From Eledone cirrhosa (lineage: Eukaryota): a stretch of DNA of 64,000 nt. The position numbers were made by a program, and so were the translations under genes. Location of the stretch: positions 83,142,001 to 83,206,000 of the forward strand of contig OZ024743.1 in the NCBI GenBank assembly GCA_964016885.1, written 5' to 3'. This document shows, piece after piece, positions 1 to 11,350 of the stretch (its first letter is position 1; each line of letters begins with the position of its first letter). The notes beneath the pieces are model-generated. The model searched no databases and was not told where the DNA came from. It saw only the letters and a program-made list of their open reading frames with translations.

Positions 1-838
1 TCTGTGGTGACTGTAGTTGGTACCCCAAAGCGGGTAATCCACCCTGATACCAGGGCACGCGCTACAGTCTCGGCAGTTATATCTTGTAAGGGGATGGCTT
101 CAGGCCATTGCGAAAAAGGATCAATACAGGTCAAGAGGTACGAATATCCACTGCTGAATGGCCAAGGTCCAACGATGTCAATGTGGATGTGTTGAAACCG
201 AGCATCTGGAGTACTGAAAGTATCAAGTGGAGTCCGGATGTGTCTGTGGACTTTAGATTTTTGACACTGTGTGCAGGAACGGCACCAGACAGTAATTTCT
301 CGCCTCATATTGGGCCAGAAAAATCTAGCCGTTATAAGCTTTATGTGGCAGAAATTCCTGGGTGAGAAATGCTGTGCAAAGCAAGGAACACAATTCGACG
401 GTGAGTCTCAGGAACAAATGGTCGTGGTGAATCCGTAGATACATCACATAGAATCTGCTTGTCGGTGGTCGACAAGGGCAGATATTTGAAGATGCAAGTC
501 GCAAATTCGGCAGAAAGAGTATCCAACGATTGGAGTGCAGGTTGGTCTGCAGCTAAATGACCTAAGTTGATCTTCTGGGATGACGAGTCTGGAAGTCTTG
601 AAGCTGTCTTCGTGTCAAGGAAATATCCTCATTCTTCTTACGACGATTTTTCAAAATGTCAGTAAGGGAAGATAGCAAATTAGCACAATGAGGAATGAAA
701 TGCCTATAGAAATTGATAAGGCCTAAGAAGTGACACAACTGGTGAAGTGTAGTAAGCGGAGGTAAATCCTGTATGGCTTAAACTCGCTGACGGAGCAGCC
801 TAATAGCTTCGGCGTCGATGAGGTGGCCTAAAAAATTT
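1..838 (-). mobile_element. Ty3/Gypsy pol fragment (end of RT and integrase; RNase H region deleted)
   Basis: Near-identical to 62223-63490. Minus-strand translation gives HIHIDIVGP and [12 protein letters not shown] (integrase). It lacks the 430 bp found at 62811-63240. Confidence 0.9.
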
Positions 839-934
839 CTATAGGCGTTTCATTCCTCATTGTGGAGTCGCGCCTGTCGCAAAGGGACGTAACTCCTATA
901 CATGCTGAGGCACAGCCATAAGGGGCCGCTACAA

Positions 935-1720
935 GGTAAACAGAAATAACAACACAATCAGTACAGTATATGGAAGGGATATATTAGAGTAACGCTTGAT
1001 ATAGCAGGAAGAGGGTCTTAACGTTTCAGATGCTAGTCCTTCATCAGAAGAAAGAATGAGAAATAAGATATATTGAGGGAACGGGCGGGTTGGAATTGGA
1101 AAAAATGTCTTTAGATAAAAATAACAGGTCCATTCATGTTGACATCTCTTGCAAAACTGTTGGTGCTGGCGTTTTGTGTATGATTTATTTTTAGAAAAGT
1201 GGATGATGGAGCATGTCTACCTGAAATGGAAAATAACATTTTGTAAAAAGATCTACACTTGTGCACATGCATAAGCATGTGTGTGTGTGTGTGTGTGTGT
1301 TATTATATATCTGTATGAAGCTAAGAAGAAATGTGTGTATATATTTGAGTAAAAGAGTGTGTGTGTGCATGTAAGTACGAAGCTATGAGCAAAAGTATGT
1401 TAATATAAGGATGTGTATGTGTGTATACAGAGCAGTGAAGGGAAAAGTGGAGTGAGCATATATAGTCGGCCTGTATTAGTTTGAAGAGAAGTCGTTAATG
1501 ATCAAGAGAAAGTGATAGTAATCTAGGGGTGTGATAATGGATGGAGTATTAGAGAAATTAGGGAGGTGAGTTGAGTCCAAGAGGGGAATAGGACCCAAGG
1601 CGGTGAATCAGACTCTGTTCAGTCCTGGTGCGCGAGGCCTGTGATCCATGATGTAAAAGGACACCCAGGACTGAAACATGTAGGGAAGAATGACCAGGAG
1701 AACAGAAATGACGGGCGACA
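935..1720 (-). mobile_element. Penelope-like element 3' end (GIY-YIG endonuclease C-terminus plus 3' UTR/pLTR)
   Basis: ORF 1558-1752 contains VARHFCSPGHS...RTRTEQSLIHRLGSYSPLGLN, typical of a PLE GIY-YIG C-terminus. A hammerhead-like motif follows at 1016-1051, and a related end lies at 48700-48828 (+). Confidence 0.8.
1016..1051 (-). ncRNA. Minimal type I hammerhead ribozyme-like motif (PLE-associated); second copy at 63669-63704
   Basis: Minus strand: tctt CTGATGA aggactagcatct GAAA cg TT aaga. Stem I is 4 bp, stem II is weak and stem III is minimal and palindromic (ACGT). Confidence 0.6.
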
Positions 1721-1849
1721 GTGTATATATACTGTACATAGTGTATATACATAGTATATATGTTGTGATGTCACTGGTGCCAAGTTGTATCAGCCATTGC
1801 CTTTCCCATCATCATATATGCTTACACAGTGTATATGTAATATATATAT

Positions 1850-2185
1850 GGAGGCACATGGCTTAGTGGTTAGAGCATTGGCCTTGCAATCGAAAGGTTG
1901 TGAGTTCAATTGTCAGACTGGGTGATGTGTTGTTTCCTTGAGCAAGACACTTTATTTCACATTGCTCCAGTTTACTCAGCTGTAGAAATGAGGTGATAGG
2001 GACTGGGGTCCATATCATACCACTGCAAAGTGGTCGTGGAGGTGCCACGACAAAAAAGCACCCAGCACTCACTGTAAATGAGGTTGGTGTTAGGAAGGGC
2101 ATCCAGCTGTAGTAATCAAGCCAGCATCAGTTCCCGTCCCACCCTTGCAAGCAGGGAAAAAGCGGACGTAAAATGAAATGATGAT
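1850..2185 (+). mobile_element. tRNA-derived SINE, family A (RTE-type tail)
   Basis: A box TGGCTTAGTGG and B box GAGTTCAATT, central CCTTGAGCAAGACACTTT domain, tail matching the 3' end of the RTE at 59190-59243, (TGA)n end. Confidence 0.9.
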
Positions 2186-2499
2186 ATAGTGTATATGTAA
2201 TGTATACATAATATATATATATAGTGTATATAAATAGTATATATAAAATAGGCGCCACGGAAAATAGCACCTAGCACTCACTATAAATGAGGTTGGTGTT
2301 AGGAAGGGCATCCAGCTGTAGAAATCAAGCCAGAATCAGTTCCCATATGAACAATATATGGTCACCCGACCTGGCACTGCCAACAAGAGGAGAACCCGTC
2401 TAACCCATGCTAGCATAGATGATGATGATATGAGTTGTGTTATTACTGGTTCCAAGTTGTATCGTCCATTACCTTTCTCTTGGACAACATCATATATAC

Positions 2500-4180
2500 T
2501 GTACATAGAGTATAGTTTTTAACTGGTTGAAATCCTTCATTCTCAGTTGAAGAGAGGTAGTCACGGTTCTAGGACAGCATTCTTCACTGTATGAGATGTC
2601 ATCTGGTGTACCACGGGGATCTGTTCTTGGACCCCTTTTGTTTGTTGCATATGTAGTGGATAAATGTATTCTTTTGTGGATGAATGATAAAAAAGAATAA
2701 TGCCAGAATTGTGATGTTGACAATGTTTATTTTACAATAACAATATTCACTTGTTGCTACATTGAATATCGAGTAATAAAAATTGTGACAGGAATTATCA
2801 CTACATCAATTTGCTGACTAGCTACTTCGAGCTAACGTGTATGTATGTATGTATCAATACAACAATACAATAGAAGTGATTCAACAGGAAGATGAAAGAA
2901 TAGATAAAACACAGAAGTAAACAGTATAATGAAACCTACTGAGTGTGTGTGTATCCTTAGTATTTGTTATTCCTCTCAAGGACTGGTGCTTCGGTCTCTC
3001 TTGTCTGAGAGATAGAGTAAAAGGTCCGTAGATGTCAGTAGAAGTCTGCAGACCCCAAGAGGTCTGTAGAACGTGAATGTTTCACATCGTTATTCTCTCA
3101 AGTGCTGCTGCTTCATGGTCTGGCTGCTGGATTCCCTTTGTACTTGTATTTATAATAACCCTATAGCTAGAAAGATATGTATACAGGATTGATTTGAGTA
3201 GCCATGTGTGTTTCATCTATCATGAAGCTGGGGTCACAGGTCAAGTGGTATGTACTTTTATCATTGTTGTCTCTTGACAAGACAATGGTGGGAAACTCCC
3301 TACGATAGGTGGTCCCAGATGCGAGAACTCTTAGATTCGGTTTCGAATCTTTGCTGGATAATTTATAGGAGAATTCCGTTACACATATATTAATGACATA
3401 GATGCCAACTTAAAGAATGTCACAGTACTGAAATATGCAGATGACATCAAGCTGTCCCTTGAGATAAAAAGTACAGATACTGAACACTTTAGATCTTTCC
3501 AGCAATCAGATCTTGATACAATGCAGCAATAGATCACAGACTGGCAACTGAAGATGGCTGTGTACAAATTTACCACCATGCATTTATCTATCTATTTAAA
3601 GCTGTATATAGCTATGGTGTGACCACACTTAGAATTTGCATCACCAGTCTGAAACCGCTATCTTGCTCAGAACATTGACCTCCTGGAAATTGTTCAGGGA
3701 TGAGCAACCAAGTGAATACCCTCCATCTACCATACTCTGAATGCCTTGCTTCCCTGGGCATGGATACATTGAAGCTCCGACGTCTTAAAACTGACTTGGT
3801 AAACACCCACAAAATTATTAACCATCTTGCCAACAACAATCCTGAGCACCTTTTTGAGTTCCATGTGTCTAACACACGTGGACATGCCTACAAAGTCAGA
3901 AAACATCACAGCTCCTATGACTTTCAGAAACATTTGTTCACGCCCAGAGTTGCTGAAGCATGGAACAAACTACCTGCATCAGTTGGGACACTGCATCCTT
4001 TGAACTTCCATACTTCCTGAAATTCACCAACACTACACCTGTATCCCCCCTCCATACACACACATGTATATCATGACTCATACACTGTTTACTTTCCTGA
4101 CATTTGTACATTATTCTATGTACTATACATGTACCTTTGATGAGTTGTAGTGCACCTGAGCACTGTACACAATAATTTCA
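2500..4180 (+). mobile_element. Degenerate CR1/L2-like LINE 3' portion, interrupted by a solo LTR
   Basis: SGVPRGSVLGPLLFVAY (to 2651) resumes as INDID...KYADDIK at 3388. The later TRGHAYKV...RVAEAWNKLP is typical of a CR1 ORF2 C-terminus. Confidence 0.8.
2652..3383. mobile_element. Solo LTR, 732 bp, with 4-bp TSD
   Basis: Starts TGTAG and ends TTACA, with CATA on both sides (2648-2651, 3384-3387). Removing it restores the LINE reading frame. Confidence 0.8.
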
Positions 4181-4280
4181 TTCATTAACCAGGAATAAAA
4201 TTATTCTTGAGATATTATTCACTTCGAACCTGTACTTTCTCTATTTCTTGTTCGGGCCTGGTCTATCTATCTATATATAT

Positions 4281-5168
4281 CATCATCAGCATCGTTTAAT
4301 GTCTATCTTCCACGCTAGCATGGGTTAGATGGGAATTGTCCCACTTGAGTCAAGATTGGTCGGATGACCGTGTCTCGCTTGTATAGGAGTATTTTTGACA
4401 GCTGGATGCCCTTCCTAACACCAACCACATTTACGGTTGGACTGGGAACTTTTTACCATGTCACATTTCGTATATTTTATAGAATTTATGCCGGTTCCTT
4501 TTCTGCATATCGAACATGGCCATTTCCCTGATAGAATCAGAGTATTGTCCTCTCTTCTACTTATCAACACTTTTGTCTTAGCTAGGTTCACTCTCAGTCC
4601 TCTTGATTCCAACTGCTGTTTCCATAGCCAGAATTTATTCTCTAGCTCCTCTACTGATTCTGCTATAAGAACCAGATCATCAGCATAGAGAAGTTCCCAT
4701 GGGCAGCCAGTCTTAAACTCCTCTGTTATGGCTTGGAGGACTATAATGAACAAGAGTGGGCTGAGGACCAAACCCTGATGAACACCTACTTATATCTGGA
4801 ATTCCTCACGAAACTCCATACCTACTCTCACTTTACTGACAGCACCCCTGTACAAATCTTGCACTGTCCTCACAAGCCATTCCTACACCTAGTTTCCTTA
4901 GGGACCACCAGATGCCAGATCAGGGTACCCTATCAAAGGCCTTCTCTAGGTCAACAAAAGTTAAGTATAGTGGCTTATTCTTCTCTAAGAACCTCTTTTG
5001 TAATTGTCTCACCAAGAAGAGGCCATCTGTTGTACTTTTCCCAGGCATAAAACCAAACTGCATCTCATCTAGTTTGACCCTTTCTCTAATTAGTTGCGCT
5101 AATATTCTCTTTGCCACTTTCATAACCTGATCCATCAGCTTTATGCCCCTATAAATGCTCCTCTCCAG
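4281..5168 (-). mobile_element. RTE-clade LINE fragment with 3' tail
   Basis: QFGFMPGKSTTD, FVDLEKAFDRVP and WELLYADDL motifs; (TGA)n tail at about 4281. Confidence 0.85.
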
Positions 5169-5397
5169 GGTTCTTATATATTTTATATATATTTATCCTT
5201 ATCGAGCCCTCTTTGGATTTAAGTCTTCAAATTTATTATTATTACTATATATATATACACACGCTCATACACACACACATATATATAAATATATGTGTGT
5301 ATAGTACAGTTTCCTTCTTATATATATATATATGTATTAATATATATGTATATATATATATATGTGTGTGTGTATATATATGTATTAATATATAAAT

Positions 5398-5724
5398 GGA
5401 GGCACATGGCTTAGTGGTTAGAGCATTGGCCTTGCAATCGAAAGGTTGTGAGTTCATATCTCAGACCGGGTGATGTGTTGTTTCCTTGAGCAAGATACTT
5501 TATTTCACATTGCTCCAGTTTACTCAGCTGTAGAAATGAGATGATAGGACTGGGGTCCCTATCATTCCACTGCAAAGTGGTCGTGGAGGTGCCGCGGCAA
5601 AAAAGCACCAAGCCCACACTGTAAATGAGGTTGGTGTTAGGAAGGGCATCCAGCTGTAGAAATCAAGCCAGAATCAGTTCTCGTCCCACCCTTGCAAGCA
5701 GGGAAAAGTGGACTTATGATGATG
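5398..5724 (+). mobile_element. SINE family A
   Basis: Near-identical to 1850-2185 and 6845-7180. Confidence 0.9.
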
Positions 5725-5759
5725 TATGTATATATATATATATATATATATGTACCTCC

Positions 5760-5892
5760 AGAGATGTGTGTATAACTCAGTAGATGTGTATGTAACTCAG
5801 TAGATGTGTATGTAACTCAGTAGATGTGTGTATAACTCAGTAGATGTGTGTAACTCAGTATATGTGTATAACTCAGATGTGTATGTAACGTA
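5760..5892 (-). repeat. Short array of an ~20-bp satellite (TAACTCAGTAGATGTGTGTA)
   Basis: About 6 units; reverse complement of the unit at 23380-24385. Confidence 0.85.
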
Positions 5893-6334
5893 AATAATCG
5901 TCCCCCACCCTTGCTTTGGTCTCAAATAATCATCCCCGACCCTTGCTTTGGTCTCAAATAATCGTACCCCACCCTCTCTTTCATCTCAAATAATTTTCCC
6001 CCACCCTCACTTATTTATTTTTCAGATTTTTTACACCGCCACCCCGCTCTTGATTCACCCCACCCTCTGTTTATTCAATTTTTCTTATGTCTTGTGAAAT
6101 ATTATTCTATGTGGTCGCATTCCTGCGATAATATTCTTTAGACATTAAAAAACATTATACATGACATAAAAAATAAATTACTAGAAATCCCATATGTTAT
6201 AAAATAAATAAGATGGGTTGGGGTCTCATTATGTAAACTAAATGACTAATTCTGGTTTTCTATCTCCCGTGAAGTTTTACCGATTTTCCACACACCCCAC
6301 ACTTCTTTCTGTGTTGATGTATTTAATTTAACAA

Positions 6335-6830
6335 AAAGTGCCTAGCCCACTATGTAAAGTGGTCGTGTAGGTGTCATGAGAAAAAGCACCTAGCCCTCAC
6401 TGTAAATTGATCTTGTAGGTGTCACAACAAAAAACAACCCAGTCCACACTGTAAAGTGGTCATGTAGGTGTCATGACAAAAGCATCCAGCCACACTGTAA
6501 AGTGGTTGTGTACGTGTCACTATATAAAGTGGTCATGTAGGTGCCATGTTAAAAAACACCCAGCCCTCATCATGTAGGTGTGAGAACAAAAAGCACCCAA
6601 TCCACATTGTAAAGTGGTCATGTAGGTGTCACGGTAGAAACACCCAGCCCACATTGTAAAGTGGTCTTGTAGGAGTCACAGCAAAAAGCACCCAGCATAC
6701 TGTAAATATGGTTGGCTTTAGGAAGGGCATCCCTCCGTGTAAACAAAGTCAAACAGTTCTGTATGAGCAAAAGATGGTCACCTAACCCAACTTGCTTCAA
6801 ATGGGACAATGACCGTTAAATGATAACGAT
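6335..6830 (+). repeat. Expanded array of the ~40-bp LINE/SINE tail module, followed by an RTE-type terminus
   Basis: About 9-10 units of AAAGCACCCAGCCCACACTGTAAAGTGGTCATGTAGGTGTCAC, then AGGAAGGGCATCC and a terminal ...CGTTAAATGAT. Confidence 0.8.
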
Positions 6831-6844
6831 ATATGTATGTATAT

Positions 6845-7180
6845 GGAGGCACATGGCTTAGTAGTTAGAGCATTGGCCTTGCAATCGAAAGGTTGTGTGT
6901 TCAATTCTCAGACCGGGTGATGTGTTGTTTCCTTGAGCAAGATACTTTATTTCACATTGCTCCAGTTTACTCAGCTGTAAAAATGAGATGATAGGGACTG
7001 GGGTCCATATCATTCCACTGCAAAGTGGTCGTGGAGGTGCCACGGCAAAAAAGCACCCAGCACTCACTGTAAATGAGGTTGGTGTTAGGAAGGGCATCCA
7101 GCTGTAGAAATCAAGCCAGAATCAGTTCCCGTCCCACCCTTGCAAGCAGGGAAAAGTGGACGTAAAATGAAATGATGATG
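6845..7180 (+). mobile_element. SINE family A
   Basis: Full head-to-tail copy. Confidence 0.9.
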
Positions 7181-7971
7181 TATATGAATTTTTTTTTCTT
7201 TTACACCTGGGAGTGAAAGGCCCCCAGTTGTGGTCACAACACCTTTCAAGTAGAGGGAAACTCTGAAAGAAAACCTGCGGCCTCAGAAGCATCCGATGAT
7301 GTTGACCAGCTCTCCTTTTCGGGTACTGTTTTTGATGTTCAGAGAGTGGGATTGGTTGAGTGCAAGGCCATTCCTCACTTAAAAAACCTTCAAAACACAG
7401 GCATTGCTTGTTCAGGGTAGAGAGCTCTTAAGTCCAGTAAAATAACCTCTCTAGTGCCATGAACAATACACCCAGTCCTTGCTGTAAAGGGGTTGATGAG
7501 AGGAAGGACATCCAACCAGAAAAGAACAAAAAAACGCCAAAATTATCGAAAGCCCTGCAAATAAAATTCCCACTATTTGTATCTACTGGACTAACACAGT
7601 CATGTTGGTGGGGTGCCTAGGGTAGCCATGTGTGAGAATCCTTTGACTCTTATCAAGCAATCGCTCAGCATTTTTCCCTTCCAGGTAGAAAGAACTGTTA
7701 CTCAAGGAACTGTCAAGCTACACATCTCAGGTCTCAGACAATTACCATGTTAGAATGTCATATAAGAATGAAGTTCCTGGGTAAAGGCTATAGGGCAGAC
7801 ATCCCAAGAGTTAGAAGGATAAAATTTACAGAGCTTGCTGGAATACCACTACTTACATTGGAGAGAATAACTCTGGACAGGAAAGTTGATATCTACAGAT
7901 TATCAATATAGAAATATAAATTTCCAATGTTAAATCTATCTCTGTTTCTAAAGTATTCTCTATTATCTCAT

Positions 7972-7992
7972 ACTGTTTCTTTCTTATTTCAG
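7972..7992 (+). promoter_or_regulatory. Probable splice acceptor of the ZNF coding exon
   Basis: Polypyrimidine tract ACTGTTTCTTTCTTATTTCAG, 374 nt upstream of the ATG. Confidence 0.55.
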
Positions 7993-8366
7993 AATATCGG
8001 ATGACATTGGAATATATTTACTTTTTAATCTTGAATACATCCCTTCTATCATCATCATTTCAAGACTAAAGATTTTCATACAGAACTCATATAACACTGT
8101 TTATATAAATCTATGGCAGAATTACTGTGAAATATTTCCTCAGAACTGTGTTGCTTGGAAAAATATCATTTCGTCACCATCTGAAATATTTACAAGATGA
8201 TTTTGAATCTTAACTAAACTTGGATCAGAAAGAAGTTTGCATCATCTTCAGATCTTGACTGAGGTCACAGTTGGGGGAAATATAGTAGAAGAAATATCTT
8301 CAGGAATATAATATATAAAATAAGACAAGAATAACATCTGTAAATTTTGGCAAGGGAAGAAGAAAC

Positions 8367-10247
8367 ATGGAAAATAAATTGAGTGAGAAGAAGATTAAAT
8401 GTGAAACATTGTCTAAAGATATGGCTATTCCAGAAGAGATACCAAAGTCTAGAGGAGAGAAGCCATTTCACTGTGATGTCTGTGGTAAATCATTCGTTGT
8501 AAGTAGTCACTTAAGTAAACACTTACGTACCCATACAGGTGAGAAGCCATACCACTGTGATATATGTGGTAAATCATTCTCTCGAAGTAGTAACTTAACT
8601 TCTCACATACGTACCCATACAGGAGACAAACCATATGTCTGTGATATCTGTGGTAAATCATTCTCTCAAATTAGTACCTTAACTACTCACAAACGTATAC
8701 ATACAGGAGACAAGCCATATCACTGTGATATCTGTGGTAAATCATTCTCTCAAATTAGTACCTTAACTACTCACAAACGTATACATACAGGAGAAAAGCC
8801 AAATCACTGTGACATCTGTGGTAAATCATTCTCTGTAAGTAGTCACTTAACTATTCACAAACGTACCCATACAGGAGACAAGCCATATCACTGTGATATC
8901 TGTGGTAAATCATTCTCTGTAAGTAGTAGCTTAACTAGTCACAATCGAATACATACAGGAGACAAGCCATATCACTGTGATATCTGTGGTAAAACATTCC
9001 CTGAAAGTAGTACATTGACTAAACACTTACGCACCCATACAGGAGACAAGCCATACCACTGTGACATCTGTGGTAAATCATTCTCTGCTAGTAATACCTT
9101 AACTAGACACAAACATATACACACAGGAGACAAGCCTTACCACTGTGACATCTGTGGTAAATCATTCTCTGATAGTAGTACCTTAACTAAACACAAACAT
9201 ATACATACAGGAGACAAGCCTTACCACTGTGACATCTGTGGTAAATCATTCTCTGATAGTAGTATCTTAACTAGACACAAACATATACATACAGGAGACA
9301 AACCATACCACTGTGACATCTGTGGTAAATCATTCTCTGCTAGTAATACCTTAACTAGACACAAACATACCCATACAGGAGACAAGCCTTACCACTGTGA
9401 CATCTGTGGTAAATCATTCTCTGATAGAAGTACCTTTACTAAACACAAACATATACATACAGGAGACAAGCCTTACCACTGTGACATCTGTGGTAAATCA
9501 TTCTCTGATAGTAGTATCTTAACTAGACACAAACATATACATACAGGAGACAAGCCTTACCACTGTGACATCTGTGGTAAATCGTTCTCTGTAAGTAGTG
9601 CCTTAATTTCTCACAAACATATACATACAGGACACAAGCCATACCACTGTGACATCTGTGGTAAATCATTCTCTGTAAGTAGTAAATTAACTACTCACAA
9701 ACGTACCCATACAGGAGACAAGCCATATGACTGTGATATCTGTGGTAAATCATTCTCTCAATATAGTCACTTAACTATTCACAAACGTATACATACAGGT
9801 GAGAAGCCATATCACTGTGATATCTGTGGTAAAACATTCCCTCATAGTGATACATTAACTAAACATTTACGAACTCATACAGGAGACAAGCCATATCACT
9901 GTGATATCTGTGTTAAATCATTCTCTCGCTATAGTACCTTAACTATTCACAAACGTATACATACAGGTGAGAAGCCATATCACTGTGATATCTGTGTTAA
10001 ATCATTCTCTCGATATAGTCACTTAACTATTCACAAACGTATACATACAGGAGACAAGCCATACCACTGTGATATCTGTGGTAAATCATTCTCTGTAAGT
10101 AGTAGCTTAACTAGTCACAAACGAATACATACAGGAGACAAGCCATATCACTGTGATATCTGTGGTAAATCGTTCTCTCAAATTAGTACCTTAACTACTC
10201 ACAAACGTATACATACAGGAGACAAGCCATATCACTGTGACATCTGA
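8367..10247 (+). CDS. Tandem C2H2 zinc-finger protein, 21 complete fingers, no KRAB/ZAD/BTB domain visible
   Basis: 626-aa ORF of 28-aa repeats YHCDICGKSF-x5-L-x2-H-x3-H with TG(E/D)KP linkers. Finger 22 is cut by TGT>TGA. AATAAA at 11101. Confidence 0.95.
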   Translation: MENKLSEKKIKCETLSKDMAIPEEIPKSRGEKPFHCDVCGKSFVVSSHLSKHLRTHTGEKPYHCDICGKSFSRSSNLTSHIRTHTGDKPYVCDICGKSFSQISTLTTHKRIHTGDKPYHCDICGKSFSQISTLTTHKRIHTGEKPNHCDICGKSFSVSSHLTIHKRTHTGDKPYHCDICGKSFSVSSSLTSHNRIHTGDKPYHCDICGKTFPESSTLTKHLRTHTGDKPYHCDICGKSFSASNTLTRHKHIHTGDKPYHCDICGKSFSDSSTLTKHKHIHTGDKPYHCDICGKSFSDSSILTRHKHIHTGDKPYHCDICGKSFSASNTLTRHKHTHTGDKPYHCDICGKSFSDRSTFTKHKHIHTGDKPYHCDICGKSFSDSSILTRHKHIHTGDKPYHCDICGKSFSVSSALISHKHIHTGHKPYHCDICGKSFSVSSKLTTHKRTHTGDKPYDCDICGKSFSQYSHLTIHKRIHTGEKPYHCDICGKTFPHSDTLTKHLRTHTGDKPYHCDICVKSFSRYSTLTIHKRIHTGEKPYHCDICVKSFSRYSHLTIHKRIHTGDKPYHCDICGKSFSVSSSLTSHKRIHTGDKPYHCDICGKSFSQISTLTTHKRIHTGDKPYHCDI

Positions 10248-10295
10248 GGTAAGTCATTCTCTGTAAGTAGTTACTTAACTAGTGACAAATATATA

Positions 10296-10639
10296 CATCA
10301 TCATTTCATCATTTCATTTTACGTCCTCTTTTCCCTGCTTGCAAGGGTGGGACAGGAACTTATTCTGGCTTGATTTCTACAGCTGGATGCCCTTCCTAAC
10401 ACCAACCTCATTTACAGTGAGTACTGGGTGCTTTTTTGCCGTGGCACCTCCACGACCACTTTGCAGTGGAATGATAGGGACCCCAGTCCCTATCATCTCA
10501 TTTCTACAGCTGAGTAAACTGGAGCAATGTGAAATAAAGTATCTTGCTCAAGGAAACAACACATCACCCGGTCTGAGAATTGAACTCACAACCTTTCGAT
10601 TGCAAGGCCAATGCTCTAACCACTAAGCCATGTGCCTCC
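10296..10639 (-). mobile_element. SINE family A inserted in the ZNF 3' UTR
   Basis: Full antisense copy that splits the H-TGEKP linker of a decayed finger. Confidence 0.9.
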
Positions 10640-11065
10640 ATACAGGAGAGAAACCATATCACTGTGATATCTGTAGGAAATCATTCTCTGAAATAAGTCA
10701 TTCACTTGGCACTAACATTTACAGAAAGAAACCATATCACTGTGATGTCTGTGGTAAATCATTCTCTAAATGTTGTGGCTTCACTACTCACTAACATATA
10801 CAGGAGAGGAACCATATCACTGTGATGTCTGTGATTAATCATACTCTAAATGCTGTGGCTTCACTACACACTAACATATACAGGAAAGGAACCATATCAC
10901 TGATGTCTGTGGTAAATCATTCTCTAAATGTTGTGGCTTCATTAGACACTAACATATACAGGAGAGGAACTATATCACTGTGATGTCTGTGGTAAATCAT
11001 TCTCTTGTAAAGGTTACTTAATGCAACACAAACACAATCAGACAAGATAAAAACCATATCACTCA
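10640..11065 (+). pseudogene. About 5 decayed zinc-finger repeats in the 3' UTR
   Basis: Repeated CCATATCACTGTGATGTCTGTGGTAAATCATTCTCT with frameshifting deletions (units of about 80 bp). Confidence 0.85.
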
Positions 11066-11100
11066 CCCAAAACAGTGCTAGCAATGTTGTTCATGTTTTG

Positions 11101-11106
11101 AATAAA
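11101..11106 (+). terminator. Candidate polyadenylation signal of the ZNF gene
   Basis: AATAAA just after the last decayed finger, followed by T-rich sequence. Confidence 0.5.
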
Positions 11107-11350
11107 ACTTGTTTATTCTGAAATTATTCTCCTTTAATTTTATTTTTAGAAGTTGTAACCAAGACTAGTGCTGACAAAACTGTATGCTACAGAATTTACA
11201 AACAATATATATATATAGTAATAATAATAAATGGGAAGAATAAAATCCAAAGAGGGCTCGATAAGGATAAATATATATCAAATACATAAAAACCATAGAA
11301 GAAAGATTTATAAAAAAAAACAGATTAAAGTTTAAGCAAAGAATATATAT

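Noticed and set aside
1850-1922. SINE heads as real tRNA genes
   Set aside because: Acceptor stems do not pair and each head continues into a SINE body.
10245-10247. TGA at a Cys position as selenocysteine or read-through
   Set aside because: The rest of that finger has lost its first His and is SINE-interrupted; no SECIS recognised.
10282-10626. Recurrent ORFs ending LQGQCSNH or starting MPFLTPT
   Set aside because: Antisense translations of SINE and LINE tails.
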